Virus record (IMG/VR): IMGVR_UViG_3300046008_000291
Coordinates: 64,001 to 128,000 of that record
Reading direction: 5' to 3' (one strand)
DNA from: a virus
Length of the DNA stretch: 64,000 nucleotides
This document shows, in pieces, positions 61,201 to 64,000 of the stretch. The notes beneath the pieces were generated by a model, which worked only from the letters and a program-made list of their open reading frames with translations, was not told the origin of the DNA and ran no database searches. Positions within the stretch are counted from its first letter, which is position 1. Each line of letters begins with the position of its first letter. The position numbers and the translations under genes are program-made.

Positions 61201-62769
61201 GAGCATGAGTTTAATTTAACCGATGTTATTAGTATTGTTGATAATTCAACAATCACAACTACTAGCGTTTACCCACAGGCAACTAATCTGACAGCATTAA
61301 AATTAGAACGCCCCCAAACACAAACTCAGGGCAATGTTCTAATTGCATCTTATAGAAATATGGGGCAATTACTACGCGGCATTGATTATCCGGGGGTACA
61401 AGTACAAGGAATCGAATTTAATCAAGCTCCGGAATTTGATGGAGCAACACCATTTGATAACGGCTTGTTTGATAATATTCAATACGATGTTGACGGCTTG
61501 CCTATGCTAGATGATGCTGCTGTTGACACAATTATACAGAGTAACTATACCGATTTAGCTCTTGGTACACGTGCTGAAGATATCGATGTTGTCGGTGGTG
61601 CGTATGTTGATGCATACAGTTCACATGCTCCAGAAGAAATGGTTCCTGGTATTGTATTTGACACACTAGACATGCAGGTCTATACTAAAATTAACGGTAA
61701 TGTTGATGTAATTGCCTATAGAATGTTTAGTAATATGATGCGTGAAGAAAGTTATTTACGTATTGCTGATGCACATGCAACAACACTTGCTTCTAATTTA
61801 GCAATAACCGACACTACAATTGTTGTGGCAGATGCAAGTAAGTTAACTGCACCATTTATCGACACAGTAGGATTAGGACAAATTGCTATCCCTGGCGTGA
61901 TATTTATTAATGGTGAACGTATAACTTATTACACACGTAATCTATTAACAAATACACTTGGGCAAATACGTCGAGGCACACAAGGTACAGGTACACCAGC
62001 ACTTTACACTGCTGGAACACTTATAACTGATGGTAGCATTGATCAACTTGTGCCAAATGTAGTTTCTAATATTTCACTTAGCACAATTACACCATATACG
62101 GTAACAACAACTCGTTCGTACTATCTTTCATTAACTGGTAACGTAAGTGCCAATGTTGGTGATGTAATAACACAATCTGTATCTGGTGCGTCGATGACAG
62201 TAGCTGGTATTGATTCAGTTGCAAGAGTGTTGTTGGTTATACGCAATAATACAAATAGTCTAACATATCAAAATAATGATGTAGCTCTAAGTGGAAATGT
62301 TACTGTAACTGCTGGTGATTATATAACACAATCATCGACTGGTGCTAATTTAACAGTATTAACAAGCGGTGCTAATGTTAGCAACATTTCATTAAGTTAC
62401 TATGGAATTACAACATTAACTACTGGTAAAGCTGGTAGTAATATTGCAATTAATGGATCTAATGTTGCAATCTATCCAACTACAATAACTAGCAATGTAT
62501 CACTTAGTTCAGCGATAATAATAAATGGAACAAGCACAGGTAATGTGTATCCATTAAGTATTGTGCCGGTTGGTAGAAACGATGCTGGCAACCCATTTGT
62601 TGATAGCAACGGTAACGTAACTATTGTAGCTAATATATCATTGCATACAACCAACGTATGGTATAATTTAGGTAGCGGAGTAGCAACAGATGGGACAGGA
62701 TTTAATGGAGCAACAACTGAGCAAGTGACATTCTTAAAAGCTAGCACAGCAACATTAATCGCACCTTAA
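49255..62769 (+). CDS. Giant (4504-aa) baseplate/virion structural protein (gp7-like position)
   Basis: Single uninterrupted ORF after gp6. Contains FG-GAP-like repeats (FG....G..LYVGAPY), CBM5/12-like W...DY.KGD.V.Y motifs, I....GGSGY...P.V.I repeats and N/T/S-rich inserts. Confidence 0.75.
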   Translation: MATKKTSNFLPTIFQTDTNNKFLSATMDQLVTEPNLRNIHGYIGRTFAPTYKSKDSYVIENSAERQKYQLEPGIVVRNDRQEITFFASYTDLLNKIEYYGGLTANHDRLFDDEYYSFDPQISFDKFINFSQYYWLADGPNAVDVNTSGVDLEKTYNVVRNVSSSRYEFTSTSPTKNTLTLARGGRYTFEVDQLGNQFWIQTELGVDGLVNATPTVSTRDVFGVINNGADSGTITFNVPQASAQDRYVLMNVVANVEYAVPLAYADIQNHTVSQFLAAFPGYAGVATQLNGKTAIFIDQNLLTNRGEEAWTVPNVYDGNGDIVSGYNAGEVIPEAQRYGVWRVQFADSGDINDPLIRLACVQDVQINEKVYIRSGVVNANKEFFKDYDGFFHVVPVISSIQDTLYFQDGNNPSIYGTIKLVDIAGWSIDVENDILGKTTYTSPNGVVFTSGLKIRFGTDAIPATYQDKEYYVEGVGSATGIQLVDTTLLVTPEPYNDEIITNYPLNRISLSAVTTDVIPAGTVINIGTIEVEVYYEVTVGSLYIVTLSDVSSIVNGSAITGTGIASGTSVINTRRDTVYPEYITINRASVDLNAWSRNNRWFHRDIITATATYNNEQYIFDQDLRARRPIVQFESDLQLFNYGRIGKAPVDILDTTTQDAFNNLNGQVFSVAFGVTLFDGMRVIFANDVDPLVRNKIFVLNLVQTAIDGEGLLTGPKYINLNPAADGAVETYDSVVITDGVYKGTQWWYNGDTWIASQQKTSLQQDPLFDMYDSAEQSFSLYPLSTFTGTRLFGYNRSSTGTISDSVLAFPLTYTSFQTQGNIEFINYFDTDTFSYVANQTQLTERIATGFLHQIVDRYTSLPKNNWNTVTEKNNQYQLITYVYDGINSPFKIDVTVPDAVTIPYVKVYKNNVFLKTSQWTLTNGALTLSTAPTIGDKIDILVYSNEVSALGQYQIPKNLELNAQNTDLSTLTLGQIRNHLVELSQNSTELVGDVLSDSNLRDIEIKSQGGTILQHSAPLSNAALFLVNDSTNFIDAVRYAQQEYARFKNKFLELSVTLSGIQPTDPVASVDLIITEINKIKNSTFPWYYSDMIPYGTLKNIVNGVGYTIFDPLVRSYEITTTFDARALSNKAVLVYLNDVQLIIDIDYTFDTDRPAITFTDTVTLEVDDNVKIVEYADTNGSYVPETPTKLGLYPKFIPEIFLDDTYRTSINVIRGHDGSITPAFDDYRDEFLLELEKRIYNNITLRDIGSYQDIYNVMPGKFRNNDYSINEINQLTSKNFLIWIGNNKIDFTVNDTFDSNDPFTWNYSRFVDRIDSEALPGSWRACYQYFYDTLRPHLTPWEMLGFSTMPSWWVEEYGPAPYTGGNKLLWDDLEAGLIKQGTRAGIDTTFARPGLSEVIPVDANGFLLSPAAIMTASFNATHAATAWAVGQQGPVETAWRHSSDFAFAVQQALALAKPAKYFSLLMDVSRYSKNTMLEQYVTDTNDHIKQTSLTFNGDTSAGTVVRTAGYINWIADFLIHQGVDPATVITPLISHYQINLAYKLAGFSDQKYLQILAEQSSPTSTNDSIIVPNENYNVHLYKSTPVDKLVYSGVIIEKTTNGYSVRGYNLANPYFTIIPSVINSNAYKITVLTNSVTVFKDYQNLKLTVPYGYEFNSQQQIADFLISYERYLMAQGFTFNDTDEQLGETRNWKLSTKEFLFWAQQGWAPGSILVLSPVANTINAVTVGAITDAITDSQHGSKVLDQNFALVKTTNYNVLRSPTAFKLTLTNDAVIGYIELNLVQYEHVLIFDNTTVFNDIIYKPELGNRQYRLKLIGQKTADWDGSLSAPGFIYNSGNIDAWSSNKDYLKGDLVQYKNQYYVALNNVTQTTNAEFAFAYWKQIAASEIKKGLLPNFATIAAKSQVYYDSYTNFKDADQINYSHGLIGFKTRQYLSDLGLSDTTQIELYKGFIKQKGSANAINQLTSAEFNNLSSAINFYEEWAIRVGEYGALDTNPYVEIALDEKAFSVNPATATFVTDSSSDGVTTFNKSQLYKSTEQYNGIIALDRDAQSDYNNDITTAGYVNIDDVDTTIFDLANFTDLNNQLSAIGTGYTIWCAKDFSQNWNVYRVTETDNTVTSVANSLDGYVTFTTTNPHGLVAGDIFLVRSFATEFDGFYQVDSVIDLDNILVRYAGDTSQLTTLDGDGMLFILDSVRFNYMETARLYTPPHQWKVGEKIWIDEDAETNAVQGQPFGTQPSGTWKVYEKTHPWEMDQRLVKTNDMYITFSNVALANATSTLTIGGNAVTNITTITGNAVGIISNFLTSSNASNVSTSQIVSTNNIFPANTTVSSLTTNNEYSANIGYGQALKMIDNIEQTIFVGTTLYANLSVSTNTGAVNVFDKNTSNVYTESTTITPDGANTFTYGSHIDTAVDPFIDDGVAGRETLAVNAPTSSGAGGAANVGLIYTYNKLEGETVWNRGQVITGNVSAVDGQFGYGFAFDELGHWLYVGAPYEATPKVYVYGLQRFVTKATGNVTTSGSVSTITVPFTPEVTNDANALVVTSSTRTYIPNIDYTLSGTTITFISGNVNGTLTISQGPYYTLVKTINGPAGSEFGFCIDASLNGAQLGVGAPADSVIGSSGDLLDEAGAVYAYDRVIEAFTSTTGTVYTTVETIAPVYKVTVDGIELPRSEYTATPGTNTVTLNVPLGVGKVVNVETNEFTLLERLIGIDSLDGSLNAIQEGARFGTALTICSNNCAFYIGAPYYNAGTIYNTGAVWKFHNRGTLYGTNTGYTQNPTFTPGNTIRLDNFQITVTGTSLDSLIEDINDANLLGITAVNENGYLRLDSDKTVAKNRLRVLSGSGTVYEDAGLAIFAFMQIIVNPYRSNNEYFGTKVILARNAYMLVISSERGTTKHYATFDAHTDLLYPNAPEYIIDTDPTSLTYNELIVNPEQYLLDSTSTLHNINTTLDDDSTALLDEVKASGSVYTYELYDDPRDHVENPGRYAFCQQLDPTDLNSGDGFGAAFDVIGGHIVVSAPTDDTTIENGGSIYLFNNPTGRRGWSLIRYQEPRVDIESVTRMYLYSNLTNTILTSLEFIDPAKGKILGRADQEISYKTGYDPAIYNRGTNTAVSLNDNIFWSTTQVGEVWWNLSQLSYIDYEQDTLTYRSINWGNLFPGSTVEVLEWVESIYLPSAYVANGGDGVPKYADDSAYVELVYVDQVTNIISIKYFYWVKDKTTVDPTNETRQLTTTSIQDIIQNPKNQGIPYAAVIQNNSVVVYNVADYLSAQTTILHLDYNTVKNTNIIHSEYELVQKGNADSIISPKIINKLIDSLAGIDILGAEVPDPTLSVADKFGLGTRPRQAIFADRIAAYANLVEYANSILITKPITRNCDLTTISSAEAEPSFKLGEYDLKIETEIELDYLDVALLTAGYKVLVNQDTTQDNLWVLYELSADKTWTAIRTQSYKTDLYWDYVDWYAPGYGTDTQLEYVVDTLTDALKLPVAVGDDVLVRVANGVNRGWNLLVLNGNNQFDVVGIQDGTIQLKTSNGNFVNNKTPTTEIRYIITALKDDIFVGELDTEFNKLFFVMINYLFNEQKYVDWIFKTSFISVSHKLRSLLQYPNYIKDNQTYYESYITEVKPYSTKIREYSINYDSTDEFAGSVTDFDLSPYYDTDTKIFRSPSGEDVIKDEALWQTDTYNQWYANRNHRVESIVVEYGGSGYTSEPIVTIVDGGLAATGATARAIIDFDSGAVTSIELLTSGSGYYITPTVIINGGCTIPATAYAILKNKQVRSVNTTLKFDRVSYTSSVQEWAANTAYTAGDIVTHVGSLAGAVRHAFIVNANITSGSTFVHTEDYTRYSSANFTNANDRIVGYYEPTAAMPAIETINKDITIAASVTNSNVLFVTATPGLHKNMTISSNSANATIITEAVSGILLLSGNISANVGDYLTQTRVSNIYNVTSNVATSYWANVFVTANVQILTTLPAIFGNITNAYRVGAYLTEHEFNLTDVISIVDNSTITTTSVYPQATNLTALKLERPQTQTQGNVLIASYRNMGQLLRGIDYPGVQVQGIEFNQAPEFDGATPFDNGLFDNIQYDVDGLPMLDDAAVDTIIQSNYTDLALGTRAEDIDVVGGAYVDAYSSHAPEEMVPGIVFDTLDMQVYTKINGNVDVIAYRMFSNMMREESYLRIADAHATTLASNLAITDTTIVVADASKLTAPFIDTVGLGQIAIPGVIFINGERITYYTRNLLTNTLGQIRRGTQGTGTPALYTAGTLITDGSIDQLVPNVVSNISLSTITPYTVTTTRSYYLSLTGNVSANVGDVITQSVSGASMTVAGIDSVARVLLVIRNNTNSLTYQNNDVALSGNVTVTAGDYITQSSTGANLTVLTSGANVSNISLSYYGITTLTTGKAGSNIAINGSNVAIYPTTITSNVSLSSAIIINGTSTGNVYPLSIVPVGRNDAGNPFVDSNGNVTIVANISLHTTNVWYNLGSGVATDGTGFNGATTEQVTFLKASTATLIAP

Positions 62770-62805
62770 GTATACGGTAAATACAATAACTGTTAGTAGG
62801 ATTGA

Positions 62806-62813
62806 AATAAATA
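62806..62813 (+). promoter_or_regulatory. Late promoter (AATAAATA), 5 nt before ATG 62819
   Basis: Direct reading. Confidence 0.62.
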
Positions 62814-62818
62814 AGTAT

Positions 62819-63493
62819 ATGGATAAAAAAATGCAAGATTTAACAATGAAAACACAAACAACTACTGCACCAGCTAAACAACCTGATGAGCGTGGTGGTA
62901 TACACCTTCAAGGTCATATTAAGATATTTGATCCTGAGACTAATGAAGTGTACGTAAACAAACGCAACGCTATTCATTATGAAAATATGAGTGAAGCAAT
63001 TGCACAAAGTTTAAGTAATAAAGGCACACAATTTATTACTGAAATGCATTTTGGTAATGGCGGTACTACAGTTGACCCCACTGGTGTTATTACATACTTG
63101 CCTACAAACACCAACGTACAAAATGCTGACTTGTATAGTCCACAATATTTTAAGATTATCGATGACACAAATGCTGCCAACGGTGACCCATTGCGTAATA
63201 AAATGGTAATTATACACACTCCTGGACAGATCTATAGTGACATTATTGTAAGTTGTTTATTAGACTACGGCGAGCCTAGCGGTCAAGCTGTGTTTGACAA
63301 CAGTCAAGACTTGAACGGTCAATTTGTCTTTGACGAACTGGGCCTAAAAGGATTTACATCGTCGGGTGAAGGACTTGGTAAACTATTGACACACGTGATT
63401 TTTAGTCCGGTGCAAAAATCCTTAAACAGATTGATTCAAATTGATTACACGGTGCGCATACAAACACTGACTAATTTAAGTACTACTGCATAA
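62819..63493 (+). CDS. Virion (baseplate-associated) structural protein
   Basis: GHIKIFDPET.EV..NKRNAIHYENMS, CLLDYGEPSGQ, FVFDELGL, LLTHVIFSPVQKSLNRLIQIDYTVRIQ. Confidence 0.7.
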   Translation: MDKKMQDLTMKTQTTTAPAKQPDERGGIHLQGHIKIFDPETNEVYVNKRNAIHYENMSEAIAQSLSNKGTQFITEMHFGNGGTTVDPTGVITYLPTNTNVQNADLYSPQYFKIIDDTNAANGDPLRNKMVIIHTPGQIYSDIIVSCLLDYGEPSGQAVFDNSQDLNGQFVFDELGLKGFTSSGEGLGKLLTHVIFSPVQKSLNRLIQIDYTVRIQTLTNLSTTA

Positions 63494-63506
63494 CTAGGAT
63501 AATAAA

Positions 63507-64000
63507 ATGGCGTATATAATAAGAAAAACAAACGGAACAACACTTGGTACTATCCTAGATGGTACTGTAGATACTGCGCAGACTAGTTTAACATTAGTTG
63601 GTCGTAACTACAGTAACTACGGTCAGATAATGACTGATAACCTAGTATCATTACTTGAAAATTTTGCCTATGACATTGAACCAAGCAATCCATTAAGTGG
63701 GCAATTGTGGTGGGACACATCGGCTAAATTATTAAAAGTATACACTGGTACATATTTTAAAATTATCAGTAGTGCCACTGCGCAGAATAGTGATATAGTT
63801 GGTGCACCATCGACAGTAGTCGCAGGCGACATATGGTGGGATACCTATGCTGAACAACTATACGTATATGATGGCACAACTCCGTATGATGTCGATGGCT
63901 GGAAATTAGTTGGCCCAGTATGGAGCAAAGTAAACGGCAAGAGTGGTGCATTGTGGGAACAAATTACAGACACTGGTTCTGCAATTCATAATGTTGTATC
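63507..64000 (+). CDS. N-terminal part of a fibre/baseplate-wedge protein (runs off the window)
   Basis: Manual translation MAYIIRKTNGTTLGTILDGTVD...LVGRNYSNYGQ....NLVSLLENFA...P.NPLSGQLWWDT; open to the window end. Confidence 0.8.
   Translation, partial: MAYIIRKTNGTTLGTILDGTVDTAQTSLTLVGRNYSNYGQIMTDNLVSLLENFAYDIEPSNPLSGQLWWDTSAKLLKVYTGTYFKIISSATAQNSDIVGAPSTVVAGDIWWDTYAEQLYVYDGTTPYDVDGWKLVGPVWSKVNGKSGALWEQITDTGSAIHNVV

Noticed and set aside
1-64000. Alternative genetic code / stop-codon reassignment
   Set aside because: Core genes, including a 13.5-kb ORF, are intact under the standard code, and TAA, TAG and TGA all serve as stops.

Overview
This window is part of a large T4-like (Tevenvirinae/Kyanoviridae-related, probably uncultured aquatic) myophage genome using the standard genetic code. 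It covers most of the virion morphogenesis region. Left arm (minus strand, 252-26798): long repetitive tail-fibre proteins, a tandem array of fibre/adhesin cassettes carrying several deletion scars, small structural genes, and the head cluster gp23-gp22-gp21-core-portal gp20. Middle: a tape-measure-like gene divergent from gp26/gp51, which are joined by an in-phase -1 slippery heptamer; a ~620-nt ORF-free region with its own sigma70-type promoter and extensive base-pairing potential; and a minus-strand operon of gp55 late sigma factor, radical SAM, gp47, two accessory enzymes, gp46, an Hc1-like protein and a compact GIY-YIG nuclease. Right arm (plus strand): baseplate genes (gp48-like, gp53, hub, gp5, gp25, gp6), a 4504-aa structural protein and the start of another fibre/wedge gene. 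T4-type late promoters (TAAATA core) precede most structural genes. No tRNA, CRISPR array, integrase or reverse transcriptase was seen. Best leads: (1) the candidate large structured ncRNA tied to the GIY-YIG gene, (2) the adhesin cassette array bounded by a 72-bp direct repeat, (3) a probable programmed gp26-gp51 frameshift. All protein calls come from motif recognition by eye, with no database searches.
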